From NCBI GenBank assembly GCA_036172245.1, contig JAYWIR010000048.1, positions 310,001 to 374,000 of the forward strand: a stretch of DNA of 64,000 nucleotides. Reading direction: 5' to 3'. Shown piece after piece: positions 39,461 through 51,927 of the stretch. The notes under the pieces were generated by a model, which did not search any database, had not been told where the DNA came from, and was given only the letters and a program-made list of their open reading frames with translations. Positions within the stretch are counted from its first letter, which is position 1. Each line of letters starts with the position of its first letter. Position numbers and translations under genes: made by a program. This DNA is from Raillietiella orientalis (lineage: Eukaryota).

Positions 39461-40599
39461 CGCCTCCTACAGAGCCATCCAGTGGCCGCACGCCATCCTG
39501 CAGGGTATTCTCGTCCCTCCTGCTTTCACTGCCCGTTTCGCAGGCGGCCCGGATCTGTCGGTTCCACAGGTTCATCTGCTGCCGTTCCCGACTGCTTCTT
39601 CTGAGGGAAGCACATCCATAGTTGGAACGTTGTCGGATGTGGAGGCTGCCGTGCCCCTTTCGGGAGCGCTGCTCCGAAGGGAATGGGACCAAAGCGGTCA
39701 TCCGTGGAAACACACACACGCATGAGCACCGGAGCTACACTCAAAACACTGCCGTCTCATCCCGAGCGGAGCAACAGGCCAACTGGGATGAGTAACCCTC
39801 TGCACATATATTGGCTGGACGAAAGCAGGGAGTGGATCTTGGCGTTCCAGGTGCCTGACTAGAAGGCCGGGTGGGAATGACGTGGAGCAAGGAGCACACG
39901 ACCTCTGCCTCTGGTCTTCCTGTTCGTTCCGCGGGTCGAAAGGGGCGGGAGGGAGGACGCTAGCTGGAGAGGGGCCTGCGGAAACACAGAACAGAGGGTC
40001 AGACGGTTTGAGTCCCAGTGCTCCAAGCTTCAACTAAAAGCTTCCTCAACGCTGTTTGCCTGAGGGGTTGAGTAGGACGGCTGGCTGCAGGAGACTTCGT
40101 GACAGAGAAACCTACGAGGGTCATAGGTCATCGGTGCTTTCTCGTGGAAGCATGGGATGCTTTAAACATTCGGGGTCACGAGCTGAGGAGGTTGCATGAA
40201 GTTTACAGGACTGCCTCGTGACTCTCCTGCAGGCTTTTAACGGATGCGCAACTCCCTCGCGGTTTTCCCGCTTCCTTGGCGGCCTAACAAGAGAGCTGGA
40301 ATTCGGGAATTTGTGAATCGCGCACTTGACACATTCGTCAGCGAAGGTCACGCCTGTGGACGCGAATGCTCACGTTTACACGATGAGCACATGTACACAA
40401 TACATACAGGCATGAATGTACATATGAGCTTACTTGCATGGTGCTCAAAAGAAGCGGAAAATCAGGAGCTGATTCACCTCGGTTTGCAAAGTGTATCATC
40501 CCCTACTGTTTCCTACTGCAGCCTCTCGTCGTGGGCAAGCAAATCCCAGTGTTCCTTTCGGCCACCACCACACACCCTGCATTGCTCCCGGAGATAGGT

Positions 40600-41850
40600 T
40601 GCATTGATGATGAATTACAGATCCCAGGGGCAGTTTCCACGAGGACACCGATAGCACTCAGCTTTTGCCAGCAGCCCACGTCCCAACGGGAACGAGGTAA
40701 CAAGGTGGGAATGGCCACTTGGATGTTCCTCGAGCTTCCGCCCTTGCGGCAGACTTCCCCTCTTGCAAGGGGAGTTGTCCGTCACGCTTATTTTGAGGGC
40801 AGGCCAGCAGGCGTGGCGGTTCGGGAACTTTTGGTACACGGAAGCCGGGGTCGGATGAAATCAGTCCAAGTGGTTGCACTTGACGATTCGCGAAAATCGA
40901 TGCTGCTGCTGGCGAGACGAAGAAACGTGCACGGAACGACGCTTATCTGATAAAACCGGGATCCCAGTGGTTATCGATGAGTTCCACGGGAGCGATTGTG
41001 CAACGTTCCATCGTCTCTGTGCAAAAAGAGCAAGAAGCCTCATTTCCCTCAGCTGCATCTCCGTCTAGAGTCCTATCCGTCATCCCCCGAAAGAAACTTC
41101 CGAGGGTCCTGCTTAGAAACAATCTGTCAAGAATCCCGGAGCTCTTTGAGGCACGAGCACGGATGGACGCTTCCTACACTCCAACACGAATGATGAGGCG
41201 TGTCTTGGTAGACCTTCTTGTGGAACGACATTTTCCTGTGGTGCGACCGAACGCGCACCTATCCTCGAGGGAAATAGGGAAAGCACCCGAAAGAAATGAG
41301 AAGGCACGTTTTCGTACTCTCAGAAAGCTAGGTATGTTGAAGTATACCTACTCGGGGACTGTACTCCTTGTATAAAATTTTCGACAGTCTTTGACCTTGC
41401 CTCTCCAGTTCTCGAAAAGAAACTCTTGGCTCCAGCACGGCAGTTCCTGCCCACTCCCCGGAGCGCCTGGGCCGCCCGGGAAATGCGAAGGCGAAAGAGG
41501 CACGCCTCTGTTCGCGGCAGACGATTCCATCTCTTCAGACCTCGCGCCGTGGTGATCAGACCGCGCTGATCAGTTGCCAGAGGTGCTCTCGTGCATCCCA
41601 GCAACAGTTCTGAACACAAGGCTGACGAGAGATCGCAAACACGTGCAGGGCTTGATACTGAGAAGCTGTCGATTTCGCGCCACTGACATGCCAACTGCTT
41701 TCGACTGACATTCGGATTGTCGCGTTGACCTCTTCGTTTGACACCCATCCGTTCTAATATCATCCTGGTTAATGCTTTGGAATTTTGTGCATCGAGCCAC
41801 AAGCGGGAAACTCCAAAGTACGGATATTGGTCGTCAGGAGTCGCGTGTGA
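40600..41850 (-). mobile_element. Degenerate non-LTR retrotransposon fragment, clade uncertain
   Basis: YPYFGV (YKYLGV-like) and, further downstream, CYRC..ETA (zinc-knuckle-like). Confidence 0.35.
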
Positions 41851-41939
41851 CATGGGTTTAACAAAAGACTGGTTGCGTGAGGAACGGGAGAGCTATAGGA
41901 AGACCTTTCCAGACTTTCGGGAATGAGGTCTATACCAGG

Positions 41940-44330
41940 ATATTTTTATATATGTATATGAAAAACAAGATAAAATAAAATAAAAATAAGCATCTGATAA
42001 AAAAGGAAGCGAGCATCCTCGCAGAGTTTCATTCAAAGGAAGAGATGCTTGTATAAGGAGGCAGAGGACAGCAAATAAGCGAAAAGGACAAGCACGTGAC
42101 TGTAGGGGATGCCGGGGTCAGGGGTCGACGGGATGCGCAAAGTTTGATCCTTCCGCTTCAGAAGCATCCTACCCTGTGGGCGCGATGTCTTTCTTGTCGC
42201 TGTGAGCCGGGCCACTTGTGGCAACCGCCAGCAGCATGGCCGCCTACTCTTCCAGGCACGTGCTACCACGGTGCCAGGAACGCAGCCCAAGCATCCTCAC
42301 CACCGCGACCGTGGAGAGCCTTTGAGGTGTAAACAAACATCCTGGGGTTCCAGGACTGATGTCGGTTGGATGAGAGGGGGCTGAAGCATGGTCTTCCCCT
42401 TCCCGACCTGGCGATACCAGTAAGAGGTGCGGGAGGGACTACTGTTTCGATCCTGTTTCACCTTAGGCAGTGCGGGGACCCCCCCCCCCCCCCCAATCCT
42501 CTTCGGCTCCACTGGTAGTGCTGCTTATGGAGTAAGAAATCGCTAGTGAAGAAGCAGCTCTTCGTGTGCTGGAGCGCAGCGGACAGCATCGAACGTCTCC
42601 GACAGATTTTAGGGACACCGGTTAGTGGGCCCCTGAATGCTGTGCTGGAAGCGCACGCTTGGTGTGGCTGCACCGCTAGCCGGCTCGCATGGTATACACC
42701 TAGGATTTCAACCACCACCACTCGCCATTGGAATTTTTCCCCTCTTCGGCCGTCCTCCTCGTCAAGAATGACGGACCTTGCACCTCACTTCATAGCGGGT
42801 TGAATTCGCACGGTCTTTCCTGCCGCAGAGGATGTATGTGACCAGACTGCCCGCGGGGGTGCTGCAGGCGCGATCCCATTTCCCGACCTCCCCGCAAGAT
42901 CGTCGCGGACCAAGAAGTGTCGGCCATCACAGGCGACGCTTTCAACGCGCGCCACCGTTCTGACGCTCTCCTGCCGCCGCACTTTCAGCTTCCGGGTGCG
43001 GCGGCAGGAGATCCAGGGGTTATTGGGCAGCAGTCAACGCAGCTGTCTACGCGGAAGGCGTAATCTTCCGGTTCTGAGGAGGAGGCACCTGGTCCACGAG
43101 GACCCCGCTTTGCTGTTGAGAATCCGGCCGGCAGCAGGCCGCTCGAATAGGTCTCTGATGACATGCAGCCTTCCGAACTGGATCTGCCGCCTGACAACCT
43201 TCATGGAGAAAACACCAAAGCAGGAATCTCTCTGGGGTGCAGTGACTGTCGATGATGAGGACCCGGGGTCGTAGGTGCACTCGGGGCAGCCCCTTCGCAC
43301 TGTCCTCAAGAAGAGTCTGGGCGCCAAGAAGAAGTGGGCGGAAGAAGGAGGCTAGTCAAAGACTTTCTCAGGAGAAGTCCCTTTATGGCAGCAGGGATTC
43401 GCCACTCATCAGTCCAGTGCTTCGTCGTTCCTCGATAGAACCAACTGTTTGGCAGGGGTTGCCTTTTGGATCTTCTGCGCAGTCATCTCAACAGTTTCCT
43501 GATGAGAAAGAACCTCTCAAAAGCAATGCCGCTTTCATTGGCCTTCTACGCTGAAGGCTGTTTCGAGCTCGTGGAAGGGCGGGCATCCCGCGTAACCCTT
43601 GGTGGCATGGAGTTGAGGCACAAGGAGGGGGAGGACTTGGAGGTCATCGGGGGCAAGCTCCAACTCTGGGGCTAACCCAGCATTCCAGCCCTCTCGTCCT
43701 ACTGGTCGTCTCAGGTGCCCATCGAATATCCGAAAGACACAGCCCGAATGTGCGAAAGCCCGAAAATGATAATCCTCGGCGGACAGAAATCGCGAAAGTG
43801 GAAATCATCGTTTCGTGTGGAAGTTCCACTTATTAATTGTGGCCAATGATGCGAAAATGAAGTGCAGAGCGTAACGAACTATAAAAAACAATTCAAAGCG
43901 GTGGGAAAAAATAAAAATAAAAAGGCAAAAAATAAGGACAAAAAAGAAAATCCGACTTATGGAAAAGTGCATTAAAGGGACGGCCTGTGGGCAGGTGCAC
44001 GGAGGTCCATAAAACCTGTCCGACTCTTACATTCTTTTTTTTTCTTATTTTGTTGCTTTTTTATTATCATTTTTTCCACTATTTTGAACTGGCAGACATT
44101 TTTTTTTTTTAAATAGTTCTCTATGCTATGCATTTCACTTGTATAATAAATCCCAACAAACAATAAATGATGAATTACGTTTTCGGGATTTTCATCCTTC
44201 GGGACCGTGATTTTCGTGCTTTCAAATATTCGGATTGCGTTTTTCGGGATTATGGACCAACCCCGGTCGTCGCGTGTGCCGTCAGCTTGCGAGGAAACGA
44301 ACGGGTGGTCACATTCGGCGTAACCTCCCT
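41940..44330 (-). mobile_element. Degenerate L1/Tx1-like retrotransposon interrupted by a MITE
   Basis: LAPDDLQVL (YADD-like, about 43650), QFGRLHVIRDL (GGL-like), HYQWSRRGL..PHC..ET (zinc knuckle remnant, about 42450-42530) and an AT-rich 3' tail near 41940-42000. Confidence 0.5.
43713..44264. mobile_element. Non-autonomous Mutator-like (MULE) MITE
   Basis: Diverged TIRs of about 100 bp built from (aat)cccgaa sub-repeats: left ccgaaagacacagcccgaatgtgcgaaagcccgaaaatg versus reverse complement of right ccgaaaaacgcaatccgaatatttgaaagcacgaaaatc. AT-rich interior. 9-bp target-site duplication ggtcgtctc (43704-43712) / ggtcgtcgc (44265-44273). Confidence 0.75.
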
Positions 44331-46200
44331 TTATTTTAACCCAGTGACGTCGGGGCGTTTATCGCGAAAAAATATTCACAAAAAAAAAAAAAAAACACTC
44401 ATATGAATAGAAAATTTCTTCGTAGTGGCTTCACATCACCACTACGAAGGGAAACGCCTCGTGTTGCTTCTCGTGGGCAGCAGCCCCGATGAAATCCGCA
44501 CAGAAGTAGGGGGAAGGGGTAAGCAGAAACACACAAAAAACAGAAGTTCAGTTTAAGAGCGTTTGGGGGGGGGGGGGAGGGCGAGGGATCACAGATTTCT
44601 TCCTGGCGTCCTCAGCATCCTCTGGAGGGTGTTGGCTATTCCCTCCTTTTGTCGGCAGGGATGTGGCTATCTTGTCGCCTTCCTCAAGAAGGAGCAGGCG
44701 ATTGGGATGACTTCACCTTTCGACTGGCTTCTTTCGGCGCGGCTTCTTGCCGCTACGGTCTCACGAAGGCAGCGCAGAGCTGCAAGGGAAGCTGCAGGCG
44801 ACATCGCGTCGCGCGCGAAGAGGGCATCGCAAAATCTCTCTGCCGTTGCCCGTGGGGGGTGGGAGGGCCGCAGCCAAGCGTTTCCAGACACTCAGAGGGC
44901 AACACAATCCAGCAACAGATGTGGGGAAGTTTCCCGTTCCCTTAATCTGTCACAGTCCGGGGCCACACTCCCCTTCCTCCACTGGTGGACTCTTGCGTTG
45001 CTTGGGATCACCCAGTGCAGCAACTGCAATGCCGAGTCCTGCCACTTCAAAGGAAGCGTGAAGCTGTCCACAAACACTAAGGGTGTTCCTGCCTCTTCAG
45101 GAGGGATGCCCAGGAGTTCCACCCAGCGACGAATTCCTTTGAGAGGGAGGGCGGCGGCCGTAGATGCGTCATCCAGTTGACGCGCCGTCCAGCATCATCC
45201 CAGCTGCTTCTTTTTTTCCCGCGGTCTCCCAGGACACTTCCCATCTCGCGGGTGCATCGCTATTTCCACTTTGTGGCATGGTGTCCAGCGTGGCTAAAAG
45301 TGGGGTGTTCCGTGGGCAGTCCGTGATTTCCTGCAACGAGCAGCGAGCGCAGTTCGAGAAGCGCAGGCATCGCGATGGCTCCGGGCTCGTGCCGTTTCTT
45401 TCCGCCCACCCCTGACCCGTTTCCTGTTTCCAGGCACTACAGTTGGCGGGGCAGCAGGGAATCCACCTGTCATCTTGAACCAAGGCGACCATTTGTCGGA
45501 GTTGGCATCCGCGTCGGGTCAACTTTCGGTGGCCGTGCACGAGGAACGTACCGAGTCCCTCGGCGCCAGCTGCTTGCTCGGCCAGCGCTCTGGCTGGGAC
45601 GCACCAATGGGCGGTCCAGAACCTTACTGATAGGGCTAATCTTCTACACTGGAGCTGACGCCTCATCCTCTTCACACACGCACAAGCTCTTCAGGCGGAC
45701 TCGGGACCTCTGCGTTCCCCAGAAGGCTTTTCTCAGAAGGTCCTTGGTTGCTTTTTTACATCTCCGGAGGAGAAGCAAACAAAAAGCAGGGGTCGGAGGA
45801 GGGGACCCACGAACGTGTTCCACAGGGAAGCCCGTTCCGGCAAGAGAGACGGGAACGGGCTGAGCGCCGCTTCAGTCTTTGGAGGCAACCGAACCAGGCT
45901 GCCGCTGCGCAGAATTGCCCCAACGGGACTCCTAGGTAATTAAAGCCCCTGGTCGTGGTGATCCCCAATCAGTTCGGTTGCCCTGCCCATGCCGCACCAA
46001 CGGGAATCACAGTCGACTTCGCCCTGTTTGTGGCCTTCCTTTAGGTAAAGTAGCTTCCGGTAGCTCCTTCCCTCAAGGAGACTGACTCTTCTTTTGAAAG
46101 CAACGCAGCGGTCCTGGAAGACTTCAGGTAGAGGAAAGAAGGCAAACAACGCCCTTTGGCTCAGCACTGTTCTGCTCGGCACGCGCTACGGCTCCCCTGG
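44331..46200 (-). mobile_element. Non-LTR retrotransposon family A (L1/Tx1-like), degenerate copy 3
   Basis: FNYLGVPLGQFC; TLPLKWQ..ARVHQWRKGSVAPDCDRLRERETSPHLLLDCVAL, homologous to TLPLKWQ..ARRHHWTWVSVDPNCAKCGEREFLPHLLAHCVAL of copy 2; terminal motif at 44362-44339 followed by TAAAATAAA. Confidence 0.75.
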
Positions 46201-46589
46201 CGCGTGAGAACCAGGCAGCGGCAAACTGCTACTAAGAATCAAACAAAGGAATGCCGACAGCCTCAGGAAGGAGATTGGAAACACCCGACGCTCCCGGAAG
46301 ATGTGCTGGAGCCATCTAATGCGTTAACTCACATGAGCAGCAGAAGGACAGAAGGAGGCTAAGAGAAATTTTCTCGGGAAAATCTGCTAGAAGAATAGAA
46401 ACTGTGGAAGCTATGAAAACTTTTTCTATCGCACGCTATGCATCCTTCGCCAACGTCAGCGTTGCCATAGCAAAAAGACATTGTCCACCCTGCAGGCTGG
46501 CATCCGCCATTACCTTCTTTTAAGGAAGATAGCGCTACGGCCAAGGTCGTGATGGATAAGCGTGATTGCTCCTTTGGATCCCACATCAC

Positions 46590-47590
46590 CTCCGCTGGGA
46601 GAACTCTTTTGAGACGACACAGGGGTCAAGTCTCCTCTGGATTAGCATCTTGCGGTCGCGGCCAGGTGCCCATGGCTTCCCGCAGCCGCGCGCTGTGCGA
46701 CCGCAGGAGGTCCAGCGGTGCTGTCCCAGCAAGCAGGTCATCTGCCGCAGCGGGAAGCCGGAGGGCATCATCCTCCATCAGCCATGTGGAAGCAGGGACG
46801 CCAATGTCTTTCAGCCCACCGCACGCCTGGGTAGTGGCGCTCGGCTGTTTAAGGTTCCTGCCACTTCCGCCACGCCACCGGATCAAGCCTTAGAAACCGA
46901 AGCTGTAGTTCCAATCGCCACAGCGTATGCATTCCCAGCTCGGCATCTCGACATGGGGTCACACTGCCCTTTAAGCGGACCTTTCGCCTCTCGCAGCCTC
47001 AACAGGTGTTCCTCCGCTCCTCCTTGAAGGGCGTGGGACAGACAAAAGCAAGGGGCGGAGGGAGGAGCCAACAAAGCTGTTGTGCGCGCCGCTCGGGCAA
47101 GGCGATCTTGCCGCCCCCAAATAGTCCAGTGCCTGCCTTATCTACCTTCCAAGGACCACCGGACCGCGAATTGGTGGCGTTGACCACTGAAGGCTCTGCT
47201 CGCGGCGGACTTCCGAGCGGACCCAGTTTGCCTGCCCTTGCAAGGGGTGACCCTGCAGGCACGACCGCCGACTTGATGAGGCTCATTCTCGCGCCCCGAT
47301 GGGTCAGCTTGAAGGGCCACCCGAGCTACGCCGTATCGAGGTTGGCTCAGGCAACAGAAAGACGGTGAGTTCTTTGATGACAGCTGTTGAGGCAGGTGTG
47401 CAGGAGCTTGGCGTGGTGGCCCTGGGCCAGCTCATCGCCAACTCGGAATCGATGCTGAACGGCAGCAGGACCCGGACCGTCTCTCCCCTGCCTCCCCTGC
47501 GCACGGGAACGCCGAACGTGTGATGGACACAGAAAGAAAAGCTGACGTGGAAGTCTGCAAGTGCCTTCGGTTGACTTTAGCAAAGCCATT
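46590..47590 (-). mobile_element. Degenerate L1/Tx1-like RT fragment
   Basis: Motifs in the expected order across frameshifts: QGRQGRD/LLPFSIDSEL (QG motif), KELTVFL (DDLTVFL-like), LIKSAV (N..KS), LFGGGKIAL, LLPRRAVG (GGL region). Confidence 0.5.
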
Positions 47591-47677
47591 TAGCAAAGTA
47601 GAGGACAAGAGAAGTGCAATGAGGCTACAGGGCGACGCGCTTCAAGTCAAGGCGTTCATTCCGAAATGCCCTGAAAG

Positions 47678-47724
47678 GCCCTGAGTGCTCCTCCGCGATG
47701 TTTCCGCGGTGGAGCATTCAGGGC
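47678..47724. other. 20-bp inverted repeat (18/20), 7-nt loop
   Basis: gccctgagtgctcctccgcg-atgtttc-cgcggtggagcattcagggc. Confidence 0.85.
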
Positions 47725-48329
47725 GGAAAGGTGGCCAACATGGCTGCGCCGGCACTCCTTCAGCAGACGAAAGACCCGAGGCCGGAGAGGGGGTTATAAG
47801 CGTCTCGGAAACCGGCCAAGGAGAGTGATGGAAATTACAGACCAGCGAATGCGTCCTCTACGTGAGCAAAACATTAATTTATTGTAAATAATGCAAGCAT
47901 TCCACGAGATGGAAACTGACCGCAACGTACCTGTACCGGGAGGGGGGGGGGGGAAAGGAACGGATGGCACGGCACGAGAGAAAACCGGACAACAGAAGTC
48001 TGACTGCGTGACCGCCCGTCCACGTGAAATCTCTCGGCAGGTTTCCTCACTACTGCGCTTAATACCATCCCCGAGCTGCACTTCCTGTTAGCGAATCCGC
48101 CAGTTTAAATGATTTGTTCCCATGCAGCCGGTTTCCTCGGCAAGGTCAAGATTCTGCGCGGGCTGCTTGAAGCGATGGGCAAAAAGCAGGAAATACAAAC
48201 GGATCACTGGTGCCAGATTGCCACTGCTTCGAGATTGCCTGGGGACGCATCTGGGGAAACGGGGAAGTTGACCAGAAGTCGGAATCCACGAGCCTCCTCC
48301 ATCTGAACACTCCGACCCTCTCACTCTGA

Positions 48330-49150
48330 AGAGTTTCCCGCCATCTTCCGTTTCCTTGGGAAAGAACCTCGGTCATCCGGATGCTCGCCTTGCGTGAAGC
48401 TGCAATCCGTTTCCACGTGGATAGGTGGTAAGTGGATTCATCTCCGACCACTGACCCCCAACAAGCTGCAGGCTCGAAGACTGCGGCGTGTCTCGTTTTT
48501 TGAGGTTCCCTGCGTATTTCGGCAGTCGGCTCTGTGCATCCAACTGATCCATAGGTTCGATGCTTTGCGACGAGACTTCACAAAGCATCGAACGGTGATG
48601 AAGAAGCGAACACGGGTTTCTGGAAGACCCGACGCGGAAAATTGAAAGAAGTAAGACAGCATTTCCCGCTTCTGTCTCGAAGAGATCTGCGTGTCGGAGC
48701 TGGCTGACACGAATATAGTTGCCCCGAGCTCATGGTCTTATGCCGGACGTTGGAGGAATCGCGAAGAGGAACTGGCTTCTTGGATTCTGGTAGCAGCATT
48801 CTTTGAGGGACAGGGATCATCCCCAAACTCACCACTTCAGAGCACCCTTGAAGGAGCAGGGAAGCTTCGATTTCGAGAGAAAACTTCTCCGAGGCTGCCA
48901 AGCATTGGTTTTTTTTGTAGAGCCTCCACAGCGTGAGAGCACGGTGGGCGTTCGATCTGATGTAGCCTCTCTACCATCTGTCTGCGAGCTGACTGTCCCA
49001 TCCCTACAACCTTAAGCGCGAAGACACCGTGCAAAGTGGTGTCCAAAGCTTTGTGCCACCTACTCATCTTACGCATACCGTGAACAAAGAGGCTGTCCCG
49101 GTGCCTCACGCAGACAACGGAGCAGCCGAGTGCAAAACGCTCCGGGACAA
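48330..49150 (-). mobile_element. NeSL/Utopia-like C-terminal fragment
   Basis: KKPMLGSLGEV, AASEKF, NVRH, DAQSRLPKYA (K..KY-like), LVGGQWSEMN (VGALG.W...N-like). Confidence 0.45.
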
Positions 49151-49769
49151 CCAAGCCTCTTTGTTTTCATGCGCGCAGTTCCAGTTCGTGGGTCGCTTCC
49201 TCCGTTGAAAGCACTCCAGGATGGAATTGGGACAACTGCGGAAGACCTGGGAAGCTTCCTCAAATCGCTGCGATTCCATTCGAGCTACTCAGCAGACAGG
49301 AAAAAGAGAAAAGAGTCCACGTGAACCCGCGTGCTTTAGAATGGCAGCTTAGCGTGGCTTCCTCGTGTGACGTCACTCGTGCTCATTCCGTAGGAAAAAA
49401 AAGAAAAAAAGAAGAAGAAGCGCCTCAGGATTTCTCTGGCTTCCAAGGGTGTTTGGGAACAAAGATGAGATCTTTTCTTTTTTGTCTCCAAAAAAAAAAA
49501 AAAAAGAAGAACAGAAAAGAACACACCAAGGGAACATAAATGTGATTCCCTAGCCTGAACACGCGATATATGATTCTTGTGAGTTTCCTTAGTCAGGTGT
49601 CTCACAAAGGAAGGGTTGATTCGACACTGCATCCCACGAGAAGCGTTTTTCCGATCAATTGTCCTTGGATGGCGGAGACACAGAGCTGCATTGACAAAAT
49701 GAGGCTCCCCAAAACACACTCAAAGTGAAATCCAACCCCAAGGAAAGAGGAGATCCCGGCGATGGAAGG

Positions 49770-51760
49770 TGCTCCTGAATTTAGCCAAAAGGAACACGGA
49801 ACATAGACAGCAGCATCTCAGAAGCTTCGTATGCATCGCGAATGCCACTGAGGCTCATCTCCAAGGCTATGCTGCTGTCCGAAAGCGAAAGGGCATGGAC
49901 ACAGGAGGGCTGGATTTCACTTGGAGTTCCGGAAAACAGATCCTGAAGTGGAGATTCGGATGCACCCTGCGCCATCTCGCGCAAAGGGATCCCTAGTAAC
50001 TGGAAACAATCGCTCAGCCGTGCTGCTCCCCAAGGCGAGCATTGGTGTCATCAGCGATCTGTGCCAATTCGGGCCGATAGCAATGAGCCCAACTATAGGC
50101 AAGGCGCTCACCAAATGCCTTGCGAGGAGCGCTGCGTGGCTGGATACCGAGGGAACCAGCCTGTTCCCGAGCATCGCCAGAAGCGACCTCTCCCGTTTAA
50201 TGGAGTTCTAGGGCATGATTGCACTCTCGCCCACCTTCCGGGCTACAGCGAAAGGAAACACCTTCCCCTGTGCATGGGGTGGATTGACCTGAAGGACCCT
50301 TTTGCCTCCCTACCCCACACGCAGCTACTCACGGCCCTGCAATGTGCCCAGGGGCGGATAACACTTTCGTAAAGTTGACTTGCGAAATGCACGACTCCAT
50401 GTCAATCATGAAAGCGGATGGCTTTTGCCCCTTCCCAATATTCGTCACCGGAGGGGAAAAGCAAGGCTGCCCTCTATCTGGCCTGCTCTTCAGCCTGGTC
50501 ATTGAGCCGCTGTGCCCGGAACTTAAGCGCCTGCATCGAGAGGCCAGTGTACTGGTATACGTGGATGACCTGGTCATCATCGCACCATTGCCAACCGAAT
50601 TACAACCGAATCGGACCCCATCTGGCCACCGCCAAAGCCTTGGATTAACACAGGAAAATGTGCTTCCCTGCAATGCGACCCAGCGACCCCGCGAACGACG
50701 GGGAGAGGCAAGGTTTCCCATTGCTAAGGCGACAATCCCAGCCCTCTCGGAGTCGGCGACTTGACCATTACTTGAGCAAGCTCGTTGGCTTCGATGCATA
50801 GGGAGACTCTGCATCCAGAAGATTACGATTCTTGATTGGCGTCTCGCTTCCGAGCCTGGAGGTCGCCCACTTCCTGGACACGCACCCTCTTATTGCCGGG
50901 ACGGCTTTCATCATGCTTTTGCCGACTCCGAAAGGACGAACCCCGGACCGCCCGGAGAAGAACCGGACCAGGGATCACGGGTGAGTCCAATCAGGAAACG
51001 CTCACGAGTGGTAGTCGGGGGAACAGGGGGTGGAGGAACCGCAGCAAAGCCCACGCCGACAAGACGTGCGAGGAGGCCGCCGGCCACGCGAAGACAGCCC
51101 AACGCGGAACGGGAAGGGCCCATGACGACCGTTCGAGTGGGAAAGAAGAATTGCCGGAGGCGAGACATCGACCGGGCAAGCTCCCGAAGATGGCTACGGG
51201 TCTGGAGGAGGAGGAGAGAGCGCTGCGGTTCTCCTTGGCACGAATAGGTGGTAGCGGAAGCCGTGCATGGGAGGTGCTCGGACTCACTGGGTCCCTGATC
51301 TACCGGAGTTGCGGGCGTGGACGCACAAGGCTCCACGCATGCAGCGCAGACTTTCGAAGAGCTGACTCTGCGGCTTCGACTTTGCCTGATGGGTGAAGCG
51401 TCACAGCCGTCCTGCGATGCCATCGTCTTCAAGTTCCGGGTTCTCGTCGCTCTTCCGACTCGCTGGTCTCACCCCCAGACCCGATCAGGACAGGCAGCCC
51501 TAAGACGAAAATTTCCGAAATTTCCCTCCACCTGCCGAATCCGAAAGGCGTGGGCCTTCCAGTATCCAGGGGCAAGATCCCTCCCACTGCACCGAACGCG
51601 GGCGCTTCCATACTCCACTACAGATGGATCCCTTCCAGCTATCCTGCGTCCAAGTCCCGTCCTGATCGGGTCTGTGTGGAGATTTCAGCCGGAATGGTTT
51701 TTTTCCGCTCTACGTCCTGAAAGCGACGCAGCAGCTAAGGAGGGAATTTGGTCGTGAAGG
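49770..51760 (+). mobile_element. Degenerate NeSL/Utopia-like (RLE-clade) retrotransposon; best-preserved RT in the window
   Basis: AVLLPK..FGPIAMSPTIGKALTKCLA, QKRPLPFNGVLGH, WIDLKDPFASLPH, GEKQGCPLSGLLFSLVIEPL, VYVDDLVIIA, GFDA, later CDAIV and RRKFPKF. Frameshifted. Confidence 0.8.
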
Positions 51761-51886
51761 TCGAGCTCCTCGGCAGGCTGAGGATGCTGCTGAGAAACTG
51801 GTCCAGAAACCAATAGAATAGCACTGTGGAAATACCATTTTGCCTTTTTCTGATGTTCACATTTGTGTGGATGCCGAACGCTAGAC

Positions 51887-51927
51887 TGCAAACAAGATGA
51901 GGATGCGAGATCCTCATCTTGTTTGCA
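51887..51927. other. Perfect 18-bp inverted repeat, 5-nt loop
   Basis: tgcaaacaagatgaggat-gcgag-atcctcatcttgtttgca. Confidence 0.9.
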
